Part shown: positions 10,201 to 19,322 of the stretch, piece by piece
Numbering within the stretch: the first letter of the stretch is position 1
How the letters are laid out: every line of letters begins with the position of its first letter
Source: an uncultured Eubacteriales bacterium
GTDB taxonomy: Bacteria > Acidobacteriota > Aminicenantia > Aminicenantales > Aminicenantaceae
DNA length: 64,000 bases
Direction of reading: 5' to 3'
NCBI GenBank assembly: GCA_964599635.1
Contig: CAZRGM010000009.1
Location: forward strand, 14,495 to 78,494
Translations under genes and position numbers: made by a program
The notes under the pieces: generated by a model
Told to the model about the DNA's origin: nothing
Database searches by the model: none
The model's input: the letters and a program-made list of their open reading frames with translations, nothing else

Positions 10201-10394
10201 CGGCCAACCATGTTGGCAGGTCCGATATTCCTCCATGATAAATTCTTAAAAAGAGAAGAATTTAGATTTGCGTCGTTATCAGATTTAAGATTACTGGATG
10301 CTTCTGCAGAAAAGGCATGAAGGAAACCTGCACACATAAAAAATACAACAACAAAGAATGGACTCAAACGACGAATTCTCATGTTTTCCTCCAA
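7212..10394 (-). CDS. Secreted BNR/Asp-box repeat protein (sortilin/VPS10- or GH74-like twin beta-propeller)
   Basis: 1060 aa with a signal peptide. Many S-x-D-x-G-x-T-W boxes (STDGGHTWSHV, SRDGGQSWEK, SVDGGRTWGK, SIDGGKTFEQ, SYDRGKNWDY, SMDFGSTWD, TSDFGRTWVD). Paralogue of 12247-15414. The internal antisense ORFs are ignored. Confidence 0.8.
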   Translation of the reverse strand: MEENMRIRRLSPFFVVVFFMCAGFLHAFSAEASSNLKSDNDANLNSSLFKNLSWRNIGPANMVGRVSDVEGVPGDPNVVYVGSASGGVWKTLNGGITWKPIFDGQSVASIGDIALEPGNPDVVYVGTGESNVRNSVSFGNGVYKSTDGGHTWSHVGLKDTEHISRIVINPNNPDIVYVGALGRAFGPNSSRGVFVSRDGGQSWEKTLYKDQWHGVSDMDINPKNPNIVFAGLWKFMRKPWTFESGDKEGGVFRSVDGGRTWGKVTEGLPELIGRIGIKVAPSNPDVVYAMTESPEGTLYRSDDAGESFYRVSSDVEIVSRGFYYTDLRVDPADENRVYAISSRLYVSIDGGKTFEQISQSTHVDFHTLWIDPENPHRIWQGQDGGICVSYDRGKNWDYINNICAAQFYQICADNREPFYYVGGGLQDNGTWYGPSRNKESFGILKDDWRMVSFGDGFHVACHPDNPQIFVSERQGGGIVRTNMDTMEQQDISPQPRRADGAPASELKYRFNWNTPIIPSPHDKKTIFVGGNVVFKSMDFGSTWDIISPDLTTDDPEKQKTAGSPAWPENTTAEYYCTIISLAESPVQPGVIWAGTDDGQLHVTMNGGNDWENVINSIPDLPSYTPVSHVEPSIFSTGMAYAAFDRHMLDNFSPFVYRTSDFGRTWVDVTGNLPDNAYVWVIREDPIRPQIIYAGTELGLFVSFSRGTHWIKLHMKNLPPVAVHDISVHPRENDLILGTHGRGIWIFDDISFLRETRPELLEEDAHLFKIRPAMRHAVKPTRYGIGDREYRGENPPYGALMTYYLKSRMDDNKDLRIDIYNKDKNLIRRIKDLPAEKGMNRVSWDLRETPPRQRYETKPEEDFFSSGPLGPQVQPGIYTVRFVKGEQAYKQELTVRIDPTVEVSDNDLEVQHQYTSDLCSMQSSVNDGLRSLDTLLSQLDDRKNTISMQPGTFSEEVMETIENHIKEIKQIQSVLTKPKGAPFWSEGPRLIERLKALFQSIDGVNKAPTKAQRIYFDELKQEFEAGMTEINKYLVESAKQINKIFSENNVPTLLIPEVIKY

Positions 10395-10512
10395 GATTTA
10401 CAGCGAAATGAATACATCAAAATCATGTCCAACGATTCACTGGATTATTCATAAAAAAATTGATTCTAAATCATACAAGTCTCTTGGATGATATAACAGC
10501 AGGTCAAAAAGT

Positions 10513-11937
10513 TCAATCAAATATCTTTTCAGGATTCAGGATGCTGTGGGGATCAAAAACTTTTTTGATCCCCTTCATCATTGAAATTTCCTCATCATCG
10601 ACTGCATAGGAAAGATAGGGCTTTTTCACCAAGCCGATCCCATGCTCTCCTGAAATAGTCCCGCCTCTTTCTCTGCAGTCCTGAAAAAGCTCCTTCCGCA
10701 CTTTATTCAGTTTTTCCTTCCACTCCTCCTCAGATAAAGGAATGAGCTTTCCCTTATCATACCGAACCTTCATGATGTGAGTGTGCACATTCCCATCAGC
10801 CGCATGCCCATAGGTGGGAAGCCACATGCCGTATTTTTCTTGGACTTCCATTACTTTTTTAACATGTTCAGCTATCTCAGCTCTAGGAACAGCAATATCC
10901 AGAGTTTCAATATTATCCTCTTTTATGGATTCATAAAGCTTGCTTCTTATATCCAAAACCTGCTTTTGTTTTCCTGGATTATCTGCCACAAAAACATCCA
11001 AAGCCCCTTTTTCAAAACTGACTTCAGCCACTTTTTGGGAGAGATTGTCGATTTCATCTTCACTTGAGGCATCCAATATCACCAGAAGATAGGTGCTTCC
11101 CATCTTGCTTGGCCAGCTCTTTTTTAATATTTTTTCAGTTCTGAGGATCACTTCCTTAGGTATAAATTCCACGGCCATAGGAAGTATTTTCCTTTTTATC
11201 AGAAGAGGCACGGTTTCTATGGCCTGTTTAAGGTCATCATATGGGATAATAAGAGAACGGATTATTTCAGGAGGAGGCATCAATTGGATCACGGCTGAAG
11301 TGATCACACCCAGAGTTCCTTCAGAACCGATAAATAGATTCATGAGATTGTAACCGGCACTGCTTTTCATGAATTTCCCCCCAGGAAGAATTATCTTTCC
11401 GGAAGCCAGAACCACCTCCAGTCCTCGAATGTAATTCCTGATCACACCATATTTGACAGCCCTCGCTCCTCCGGCATTTGCGGCAATCAAACCCCCAATC
11501 ATAGCGCTTTCATCGCCGGGATGAGGGGGAAAAAAAAGACCTGCTGATTCTACTGCCTCATAAAAATCCATCAGATGAACTCCGGCTTCCACCACCGCCA
11601 TCTGATTATTCACATCCACTTCAATTATTTTGTTCATTCTCTCAACAGAAAGAACAATTCCACCCAATGAGGGAACACACCCTCCACAAAGACCTGTAGC
11701 TCCTCCTCTCGGAGTGATGGGAATGATATGGTCATTGGCATATTCTAAGATCTTTGAGACCTCCTCAGTTCTTTGGGGCTTAACCACCACTTCCGGCATG
11801 TGAGCGATATCAGAAAGACTAAACTCATCATGGCTGTATTCAATCATCCTGGATTCATCCGTATCCACATTCTTCTCCCCCACTATTCTTTCCAAATCCT
11901 TTATCACCTTCTTATCCACTCGTTTATATTCAGTCAT
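10513..11937 (-). CDS. FAD-linked oxidase (GlcD / D-lactate dehydrogenase family)
   Basis: 474 aa with an FAD-binding PCMH-type N-domain (PRGGATGLCGG, IGSEGTLGVITSA) and the C-terminal signature GGTISGEHGIGLVK. Confidence 0.85.
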   Translation of the reverse strand: MTEYKRVDKKVIKDLERIVGEKNVDTDESRMIEYSHDEFSLSDIAHMPEVVVKPQRTEEVSKILEYANDHIIPITPRGGATGLCGGCVPSLGGIVLSVERMNKIIEVDVNNQMAVVEAGVHLMDFYEAVESAGLFFPPHPGDESAMIGGLIAANAGGARAVKYGVIRNYIRGLEVVLASGKIILPGGKFMKSSAGYNLMNLFIGSEGTLGVITSAVIQLMPPPEIIRSLIIPYDDLKQAIETVPLLIKRKILPMAVEFIPKEVILRTEKILKKSWPSKMGSTYLLVILDASSEDEIDNLSQKVAEVSFEKGALDVFVADNPGKQKQVLDIRSKLYESIKEDNIETLDIAVPRAEIAEHVKKVMEVQEKYGMWLPTYGHAADGNVHTHIMKVRYDKGKLIPLSEEEWKEKLNKVRKELFQDCRERGGTISGEHGIGLVKKPYLSYAVDDEEISMMKGIKKVFDPHSILNPEKIFD

Positions 11938-11960
11938 CTTTACCCTTCCCTAGACTCTAT

Positions 11961-12200
11961 GAAATTCAGGTGTGGCCAAAGAGATCTTAAAGATTGTGAC
12001 TTCATAACCATGATTTTAATCCTTATATATCCCTAAATCAAGATTCCTACAGAGGGTAAGGGCAAGGGATTCGTCACCTATTCGATTCCCACATCGATAA
12101 CTTGGAGGGAGAAATCTAAGATTTCCCCCTTCCAACGGTCGCTTGAGCTCCCTGCCTCCCCTTCTCGGGCTTTTGCCCTGCGACCAAAGGGACAAACCCC
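11961..12200. repeat. Family-1 repeat copy, interior in opposite orientation to the 19032-19297 copy
   Basis: It starts GAAATTCAGGTGTGGCC (11961-11977). It contains AGAGGGTAAGGGCAAGGGATTCGTCACCTATTCGATTCCC, which matches the reverse complement of GGGGAATCGAACGGGTGACGAATCCCTTTCCCTTCTCCC at 19165-19206. Confidence 0.5.
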
Positions 12201-12213
12201 CTTGGAACCCCCG

Positions 12214-12241
12214 AATGATTTGTTAGGATTCACAAATCATT
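12214..12241 (-). other. 10-bp stem-loop 5 nt downstream of the stop of gene 12247-15414
   Basis: AATGATTTGT (12214-12223) pairs with ACAAATCATT (12232-12241) around an 8-nt loop. No U-run follows on the minus strand, so it is not a canonical terminator. Confidence 0.4.
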
Positions 12242-12246
12242 TCATC

Positions 12247-15200
12247 TCACTTGACAATCACAGCAGGAATATCTGCTTTCTTCACCAATTTGTTGAAATT
12301 TTTAAGATCTCTCTCTACATAGAGGTTAAGAAGTCCCAGTTGAGAATCAGCCTTTGAAGACAGATCATGAAATACCTTATATGACTGTTCTGTAGGACGG
12401 AAATCAGCACTCGAAACATAGGAAGCCAGTGCAGCTATTTTATTGTCAAGTTTAATGGGATAATTCAAAGGGTCCTGACCGCTTTTTGATTTGGATTGGG
12501 TGAGTTCATCTTCAACCGCTGTTAATTTCTCAATAAGATCTTCTCCTGCTTCCCTAATATCTTTATGGCTTTCCATATCCCTCATTTTTGCAAAAAGGCT
12601 GTTGATCTGCTCTTTGATGCTTCTCAGTTTTTTAATTCCCCGGTTAACATCTGTGACTTTGTTTCTAATCTCTATGAGGAGATCGAACTGTTCTTGAAAA
12701 TCACGCTGTGTGGTATCAAGCCGAGGATCTTTTTCCCACTTCCAGCTTTTGATCATTCGGTCCTCGCCTACTTTTAACCTCACCGTGTACTCTCCTGGGA
12801 CAGCCAATGGACCTCTCAAAGAAGCACCCCAGTAAACAGCACCGGGGACTCTTTCCGCTTCAGGATACCTCATATCCCATACAAATCGGTTCATTCCTTT
12901 TTTTGCGGTGATGCTCTGGCTGCCTGAATAACCCCATCGTGAAAAAGATTCAAATCCAGTATCTTCTTTTTTTCTTGCTTTGAACTCTTTGATGACGTTT
13001 CCCTGCCGGTCTGAAAATTCTAAGCTGACCTCTTCATTTGGTTCTTCCTTTAAATAATAATAAATCACACTTCCGGCAGGAGGGTTCTCTCCAGCATCTG
13101 TTCGAGGAAATCCTGCGCCTCCCACTCTATAAGCATCTCTGGGTTCGAACAAATAAAAATCTGACTCCAGCACTGATTCTGTCAGCTGGTGTAAAGGAGT
13201 CAGGTCATCCAGAATCCAAAACGATCTACCATGAGTAGCTGCCACCAGGTCATCTCCTTTGACCACCATATCATGAACCGGAACCACAGGCAGGTTCAGT
13301 TGGAGTGACCGCCAGTTTTCACCATCATCAAATGAGACAAAAACTCCGGTCTCTGTTCCTGCATAGAGCAGTCCTTTTCTCTCAGGATCTTCTCTCACCA
13401 CCCGCACAAAGGTGTTACCTGGAATTCCGTCGGTAATCTTTTCCCATGTCTTTCCAAAATCCTCAGTCTTATATATAAACGGAGAAAAATCATCCAATTC
13501 ATGGCGATCCACAGCTAAAAAAGCTCTTCCCGCTTTAAAAGTGGACGTTTCTATGCTGCTGATCAAACTCCATTTCGGCATGTTTTTAGGAGTGATGTTA
13601 TTCCAGGTCTTCCCTCCATTTCTTGTAATGTGCACCAGACCGTCATCAGAACCTACCCAGAGAATATTTGGATCATATACGGATTCGGCAAGAGCAAAAA
13701 TTGTGCAGTAATATTCGACGCTGGTGTCATCTTTAGTGATGGGTCCTCCTGATTTCTCCTGCTTCGACTTATCATTTGTTGTGAGGTCAGGACTGATCGC
13801 TTCCCAACTGTGTCCCTCATCTGTGGATTTAAATAAAACCTGAGCCGCATGATAAAGGACATTAGAATTAAATCTCGAAACAAGAATAGGAGCTGTCCAC
13901 TGGAATCTGTACTTCAGATCTTTGGCCCCCCAGCCCATAGGATTTTCCGGCCAGGGATTTATAGCTCTGGTCTCTCGTGTTTCATAGTCCCACCGGGTTA
14001 TAAGCCCTCCATAGCTACCTGCATACACAATATCAGGATTATCATGCCTCACCGCAATATGTCCGCTCTCTCCTCCACCGACAGAATGCCAGGACTCACG
14101 ATCAATACCATAACCTGATGTCCTCGATGCAATGCGGACTGTCGAATTATCCTGCTGGGCCCCATAAACCCAATAGGGAAACTGGTCATCTGTGATCACA
14201 TGATAAAACTGGGCTGTGGGCTGGTTATCCTGAGCCGTCCAGGAAATTCCTCCATTATAAGTCACATTGGCTCCTCCGTCATTGCTGTTAATCATCCGGT
14301 CTGGATTGTTTGGATCAATCCACAGGTCATGATTATCGCCGTGAGGCACCCTTATAGAAGAAAAAGTACGGCCTCCATCCAGGGAACGATAAAAACCTGT
14401 ATTGAGAACATACACTTTATCCGGATTTTGAGGATCGGCATAGATCCGGGAATAATACCAGGCTCTCTGACGGAGCCTTGGTTCACTGTTAACCCGGATC
14501 CAGATTTCACCTCCATCATCAGAACGAAAGACTCCTCCTTGCTCAGCCTCAACAATAGCCCAGACTCTCCCCTGTTTTGCACCAGAGGCAGTTAATCCAA
14601 TTTTTCCCAGGACCCCCTCAGGGAGTCCTGGCTTTCGGGTCAACTCGATCCAGGTATCACCACTGTCTGCAGACTTATAAATTCCGCTTCCCGGCCCCCC
14701 GCTCACTAAACTATAAGGGGTTCGGTGAGCTGACCAAAACGCCGCATAAATCACTCTGGGATTAAAGGGATCTAAGACAAGATCTATAGCTCCAGCTTTA
14801 TCACTGACATAAAGCACTCTCTCCCAAGTTTCCCCTCCATCTTTAGATCGAAAAACACCTCTCTGCTGGTTGGGGCCATACACATGCCCCAAAGCCGCCA
14901 CATAAACCAATTCTGGATTTCGCGGATGAATTCTGACTCGAGATATCTGAGAAGTATCCCCCAGGCCGATATGAGTCCATGTCTTTCCTCCATCCAAAGA
15001 TTTATACAGGCCATCCCCATGAGATACATTCCCTCTGATAGGAGCCTCTCCCATCCCAACATACACCACATTGGGGTCCCATTCGGAAACAGCCACCGCT
15101 CCCACAGATCCGGTTTTGAAATAGCCATCTGAGATTGGGCTCCAGGTTAATCCTCCATCTTCGGTCTTCCAGACACCACCTCCACAGGCACCAAAATAAT

Positions 15201-15414
15201 AGGTGTAGGGCTTAGAAGGAATGCCTGTCACAGCCGTCACTCTTCCCCCTCTATAGGGACCTATGCACCGCCATTTCATTGCCTGATAGGCACTCGGGTC
15301 AATGCGGTTGACTTCTTTGGCTGTTTGGTTACTCTGCGAAAATATAGGAAGAGCACTCAAGACAGATAAACACAAGACAGCCACCATTATTTTTTTAAAA
15401 CTTGAATAATTCAT
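12247..15414 (-). CDS. Secreted BNR/Asp-box repeat protein, paralogue of 7212-10394
   Basis: 1055 aa with a signal peptide. It has the same collinear architecture and shared blocks (GGVWKT.DGG.TW, KS.DGG.TW.H.GL, FRS.DGG..W, DFG.TW). Confidence 0.8.
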   Translation of the reverse strand: MNYSSFKKIMVAVLCLSVLSALPIFSQSNQTAKEVNRIDPSAYQAMKWRCIGPYRGGRVTAVTGIPSKPYTYYFGACGGGVWKTEDGGLTWSPISDGYFKTGSVGAVAVSEWDPNVVYVGMGEAPIRGNVSHGDGLYKSLDGGKTWTHIGLGDTSQISRVRIHPRNPELVYVAALGHVYGPNQQRGVFRSKDGGETWERVLYVSDKAGAIDLVLDPFNPRVIYAAFWSAHRTPYSLVSGGPGSGIYKSADSGDTWIELTRKPGLPEGVLGKIGLTASGAKQGRVWAIVEAEQGGVFRSDDGGEIWIRVNSEPRLRQRAWYYSRIYADPQNPDKVYVLNTGFYRSLDGGRTFSSIRVPHGDNHDLWIDPNNPDRMINSNDGGANVTYNGGISWTAQDNQPTAQFYHVITDDQFPYWVYGAQQDNSTVRIASRTSGYGIDRESWHSVGGGESGHIAVRHDNPDIVYAGSYGGLITRWDYETRETRAINPWPENPMGWGAKDLKYRFQWTAPILVSRFNSNVLYHAAQVLFKSTDEGHSWEAISPDLTTNDKSKQEKSGGPITKDDTSVEYYCTIFALAESVYDPNILWVGSDDGLVHITRNGGKTWNNITPKNMPKWSLISSIETSTFKAGRAFLAVDRHELDDFSPFIYKTEDFGKTWEKITDGIPGNTFVRVVREDPERKGLLYAGTETGVFVSFDDGENWRSLQLNLPVVPVHDMVVKGDDLVAATHGRSFWILDDLTPLHQLTESVLESDFYLFEPRDAYRVGGAGFPRTDAGENPPAGSVIYYYLKEEPNEEVSLEFSDRQGNVIKEFKARKKEDTGFESFSRWGYSGSQSITAKKGMNRFVWDMRYPEAERVPGAVYWGASLRGPLAVPGEYTVRLKVGEDRMIKSWKWEKDPRLDTTQRDFQEQFDLLIEIRNKVTDVNRGIKKLRSIKEQINSLFAKMRDMESHKDIREAGEDLIEKLTAVEDELTQSKSKSGQDPLNYPIKLDNKIAALASYVSSADFRPTEQSYKVFHDLSSKADSQLGLLNLYVERDLKNFNKLVKKADIPAVIVK

Positions 15415-15473
15415 AAAACACCTCTTTGAGTTTAAAGTTTAAAATTTAACACTCCTTAAAATATATACAAAAT

Positions 15474-16877
15474 TCACCTTTCACTGTCTTCTAAATATTC
15501 ATTAAGCCGCTGGATCGTCTTTTTCTTCCCTATAAGCTCCAGCACTTCGAATATTCCTGGACTTACTTTCATCCCCAGCATTATAACCCTAAGAGCATGA
15601 ATAAACAAAGCCGCTGGGACTTTCTCTTTTTGGGCTCTCTGACGTAAAATATTTTCAATCTCTTTGGCTGAAAAGTCATCACACCTTAAAAAATCCTGTC
15701 TGAGTTTTGGCAGAAGGAGATTGAGCCGCTCATCATTCAGATATTTTTCAATCGCTTCTTTTTCTATCGGGTAATTATCTGACAGAAAAGGCCTCGCTCT
15801 GGCTACAAAATCCAATATACGTCTGTTTCTTGGCTTTAAAAGTTTGATCAGCTCAAGAATCCATCTTTTCTGCTGGTCATCAAATTGATCTTCCCATAAT
15901 TCTGCCTTTTTCAGCTCTTTTTTGACATAAGGCAGTAATTGTTCTTCGCTCATCTGAGAAATCACCTGTCCATTCAGCCATTCCAGCTTATCAATATCAA
16001 AGACGGGATTCCCTCCGCTTCTTCTGTCTAGATAGAATTTTTCTGTCATCTCCCTTATAGAATAGATTCTTTCTTTTCCTGGCGACCAGCTCATCTGAGC
16101 CAAAAAGTTCACCACAGCCAGGGGTAGAAATCCTTTATCTCGAAATTCAAGAACGGATGTCACCCCATGCCTTTTACTCAGTTTCTTTTTATCTTTCCCT
16201 AGGATGAGGGACATATGGGCAAAACTTGGAATAGGAGCCCCCAACGCTTTGTAAACAAGAATCTGTTTCGGAGTATTTGATATATGATCATCTCCTCTTA
16301 TCACATGAGTGATCCTCTGGTCAATGTCATCAACCACCACAGATAGATGATAAGTCGGAAGACCATCTCTCCTCAAAAGCACAAAATTCTCAACATGATC
16401 TAATTTTGTGTTGATTTCTCCATGAATCATATCTTTGAATTTAACTTCCCCTTGAGGAACCTTAAAACGAATCGCTCTCGGTCGGCCTTGTTGTTCATAT
16501 CTTTTTATTTCATCCTCAGATAGGTTGAAGCACTGACATCCTGATTTCCACTCCTCGGCTGTCCCCTTATCATCGGGGGAGCAGTAACAGTAATACGCAG
16601 ACCCCCTTTTAACCAACTCTTCAGCTTTTTCTTGATAAAGGTTGATCCTTTCTGACTGCAGGACAGGCCCTTCATCCCAATCCAATCCCAGCCATTGGAG
16701 TCCTTTGATGATTCCTTGGATCATTTCTTGAGAGGAACGGGATAGATCTGTATCTTCAATGCGCAGGATAAATTTTCCTCCGTAATGCCGGGAATACAGC
16801 CAGTTGTATAAAGCTGTCCGGGCAGCACCTATGTGAAGATATCCTGTAGGGCTAGGAGCAAATCTGACACGAACCAT
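15474..16877 (-). CDS. gltX: Glutamyl-tRNA synthetase
   Basis: 467 aa. RFAPSPTGYLHIGAARTALYNWLY carries the HIGH-type motif and KLSKRHG the KMSKS-type motif. Confidence 0.95.
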   Translation of the reverse strand: MVRVRFAPSPTGYLHIGAARTALYNWLYSRHYGGKFILRIEDTDLSRSSQEMIQGIIKGLQWLGLDWDEGPVLQSERINLYQEKAEELVKRGSAYYCYCSPDDKGTAEEWKSGCQCFNLSEDEIKRYEQQGRPRAIRFKVPQGEVKFKDMIHGEINTKLDHVENFVLLRRDGLPTYHLSVVVDDIDQRITHVIRGDDHISNTPKQILVYKALGAPIPSFAHMSLILGKDKKKLSKRHGVTSVLEFRDKGFLPLAVVNFLAQMSWSPGKERIYSIREMTEKFYLDRRSGGNPVFDIDKLEWLNGQVISQMSEEQLLPYVKKELKKAELWEDQFDDQQKRWILELIKLLKPRNRRILDFVARARPFLSDNYPIEKEAIEKYLNDERLNLLLPKLRQDFLRCDDFSAKEIENILRQRAQKEKVPAALFIHALRVIMLGMKVSPGIFEVLELIGKKKTIQRLNEYLEDSER

Positions 16878-16920
16878 TTTTCCAAAGAATATAACAAAAT
16901 CCCTTCAAACAGTAAACACT

Positions 16921-16950
16921 AAAAAACAGTAACACAATACCTTTTTACCA
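16921..16950 (+). repeat. Solo copy of the 30-nt RAYT-associated repeat
   Basis: AAAAAACAGTAACACAATACCTTTTTACCA is identical to 25221-25250 and, inverted, to 25990-26017 (28/30). Confidence 0.8.
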
Positions 16951-17089
16951 ATTTTTTGATTGTTTGGAATGAATCCAATCTGGACTCTTAAGCATAGTGA
17001 GTCTCTCATGTGGATTGGATTTATGCCGCTAAAAAATAGGGCTTTATCAAAGCCGCAGATGGAAAATAAATATTTTCTATAATTAATCA

Positions 17090-17118
17090 TTGTGAAGCTT
17101 TTTATAAGATAATATAAT
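17090..17118 (+). promoter_or_regulatory. Putative promoter of the transketolase gene
   Basis: TTGTGA (17090-17095), a 17-nt spacer, TATAAT (17113-17118). Confidence 0.35.
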
Positions 17119-17168
17119 GTTTCCTTCTTTATCTAACTTATATTTTATTTAAAAAGGGAGCTTTGTTC

Positions 17169-18992
17169 ATGGAAAAAAAAGAGGTTTTAAAAAAAATTGC
17201 CAAAAGACTGCGAATCCATTCTTTAAAAATGACCACAGCGGCTGGTTCAGGTCACCCCACCACATGTCTATCCATGGCTGAAATCGCGGCTTGTTTGTTT
17301 TTTGATGAGATGAGATACAATATCCATGATCCTTTTGACTGGTCAAATGATGAATTTGTCCTCTCTAAAGGACACGCTGCACCCATATTGTGGGCTTGCT
17401 ACGCGGAGGCAGGAATTTTTTCTCTCCAGAGCCTCATGGATTTAAGAAAGATTTCAAGTCCCCTGGAAGGCCATCCCACTCCCAGAATGGAATGGGTCAA
17501 ATCAGCCACCGGTTCTCTGGGTCAGGGACTTTCCATAGGAGTTGGTCTGGCATCGGCCATCAAGCTCGCCAAATCAGACCGAAAAGTTTATGTGGTTCTC
17601 GGTGACGGTGAATGCGGGGAAGGAGCAACGTGGGAAGCTGCCAACAGTGCCGCTGATTTAGGGCTTGATAATCTCTGTGCTATTGTCGATATCAACCGCC
17701 TCTCTCAATCAGGTCCCACTCTGCACGGTCATGATATCACGGCATACTCTGAGAAATTCAGAGCTTTCGGCTGGGAAGCTATTGAAATAGACGGCCATAA
17801 TATTGAACAAATCCTTCAGGCATTCAAGAAAGCAAAAAACTCTGAAAAACCCGTGGTGATTTTGGCACGGACCATCAAGGGGAAAGGTGTTTCTTTTCTG
17901 GAAGACAGAAATGGATGGCATGGGAAACCCCTCAAAGAAGACGAACTCAATAAAGCTCTTGAAGAAATCGGGCCGATGCCTGAGATAGATGCCAAAAAGT
18001 ATGTCAAGAATCCAGACAAAACTCCCGCTCCGCGTTTTAAAAAAAGATTTGACTTTGAAAAGCTGGACTATAAAAAAGATACCGCAACCCGAAGAGGCTA
18101 CGGAAATGCCCTTTTAAATTTAGGCAAAGTCAACGAAGCGGTGGTCGCTCTGGATGGAGATGTGAAAAATTCCACTTATTCTGAAGACTTTTTTGAGGCT
18201 TTTCCTGAAAGGTCTTTTCAATCCTACATAGCCGAACAGAATATGCTCGGAATGGGCATAGGACTGGCTGCTAAAGGTTACATTCCTTTTATGGCAACTT
18301 TTTCAGCTTTCCTGGGAAGAGCCCATGATCAGATTCGAATGGCTGCTTATTCTTTATCCAATATCAAACTGGCGGGGTCTCATGCCGGAGTCAGCATAGG
18401 GGCTGATGGACCCTCTCAAATGGGACTGGAAGATTTGGCTATATTCACTCCCATTCCAGGGTGTGTGGTGTTTTATCCCTGCGATGCCCCCTCTGCAGAA
18501 GCCTGTGTTGAAACCATGGCCCAACACCAAGGCATGGCCTATATAAGAACCACACGTCCCGCCACTCCAGTTCTTTATAAAAAAGGAGAAAAATTTCCTG
18601 TGGGAGGTTCCAAAGTCATTAAAAAAAGCGGTGAGGACAAAGCCTTAGTGGTGGCCGCAGGCATTACTGTTTTTGAGGCCTTGAAAGCTTCTGAGGAATT
18701 AAAATCAAAGGGAATCTCAATCCGAATTATAGACGCCTACTGCATCAAACCCATAGACAGAGTCAGCTTAATCAAAAATGCAGAGGAGATAGGGGGAAAA
18801 GTAGTGGTGGTGGAAGACCATTATCCCAGCGGAGGGCTGGGATGTGCGGTGAGCCTGGCTTTAGCAGGAAAAGCCCATATCATCCACCTCGCCATAAAAT
18901 CCCTCCCCAGATCAGGAAAACCTCAGGAGCTTCTGGATAAATACGGAATATCCGCCAAACACATCAGTGAAGCTGTGGAGAAGATGCAGTAA
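17169..18992 (+). CDS. tkt: Transketolase, single-chain short form (N-terminal TPP domain and C-terminal Pyr domain fused)
   Basis: About 607 aa from ATG 17169, preceded by AAGGGAG; the tracked ORF starts at TTG 17163. Motifs GSGHPTTCLSMAEI and the TPP motif VVLGDGECGEGATWEAANSA, with a C-terminal pyrimidine-binding half. Confidence 0.85.
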   Translation: MEKKEVLKKIAKRLRIHSLKMTTAAGSGHPTTCLSMAEIAACLFFDEMRYNIHDPFDWSNDEFVLSKGHAAPILWACYAEAGIFSLQSLMDLRKISSPLEGHPTPRMEWVKSATGSLGQGLSIGVGLASAIKLAKSDRKVYVVLGDGECGEGATWEAANSAADLGLDNLCAIVDINRLSQSGPTLHGHDITAYSEKFRAFGWEAIEIDGHNIEQILQAFKKAKNSEKPVVILARTIKGKGVSFLEDRNGWHGKPLKEDELNKALEEIGPMPEIDAKKYVKNPDKTPAPRFKKRFDFEKLDYKKDTATRRGYGNALLNLGKVNEAVVALDGDVKNSTYSEDFFEAFPERSFQSYIAEQNMLGMGIGLAAKGYIPFMATFSAFLGRAHDQIRMAAYSLSNIKLAGSHAGVSIGADGPSQMGLEDLAIFTPIPGCVVFYPCDAPSAEACVETMAQHQGMAYIRTTRPATPVLYKKGEKFPVGGSKVIKKSGEDKALVVAAGITVFEALKASEELKSKGISIRIIDAYCIKPIDRVSLIKNAEEIGGKVVVVEDHYPSGGLGCAVSLALAGKAHIIHLAIKSLPRSGKPQELLDKYGISAKHISEAVEKMQ

Positions 18993-19031
18993 GAATAGAT
19001 AATGAGGAATATTTGATATGAAAAATGAGAT

Positions 19032-19297
19032 GAAATTAAGGTATGGCTTATGCTCGCTAACTTTAATAGAAGGGAAAGGGATGAGGAATCCCCTGTGAGG
19101 GCTGAGCGGGCAGGGGTCCTCTTTAGAGGAGAGCGAAGCCCGAGCGGAAGAGAGATTCCTCGCTGGGGAATCGAACGGGTGACGAATCCCTTTCCCTTCT
19201 CCCATAACGAGACCTAGACTTTTGAATCTAAAAAATATTACATCCATACATTCAGAAAGCTGAATCTTCAATGTCGCTTCAGACACACCTGAATTTC
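19032..19297. repeat. Complete family-1 MITE-like element (~266 nt) with degenerate terminal inverted repeats
   Basis: The left end GAAATTAAGGTATGGCTTATGCTCGC pairs with the right end AATCTTCAATGTCGCTTCAGACACACCTGAATTTC (19263-19297). An internal long inverted repeat pairs GAAGGGAAAGGGAT with ATCCCTTTCCCTTC. 19119-19190 is about 93% identical to 44244-44314. The tracked ORF 18912-19286 is an artefact of this element. Confidence 0.6.
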
Positions 19298-19322
19298 ATC
19301 TTGCTCTTGGATATAAGAGAAC

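Noticed and set aside
18912-19286. ORFs 18912-19286 and 44214-44405 share a peptide block (IRHPFDSP.R.LS..RASLSSKE) that could suggest a small protein family
   Set aside because: The similarity is DNA-level repeat identity (family-1 element). In the 12051-12110 copy the same frame reads IRHLFDSHIDNLEGEI and then stops. The ORFs have no SD and different extents, so they are treated as non-coding.
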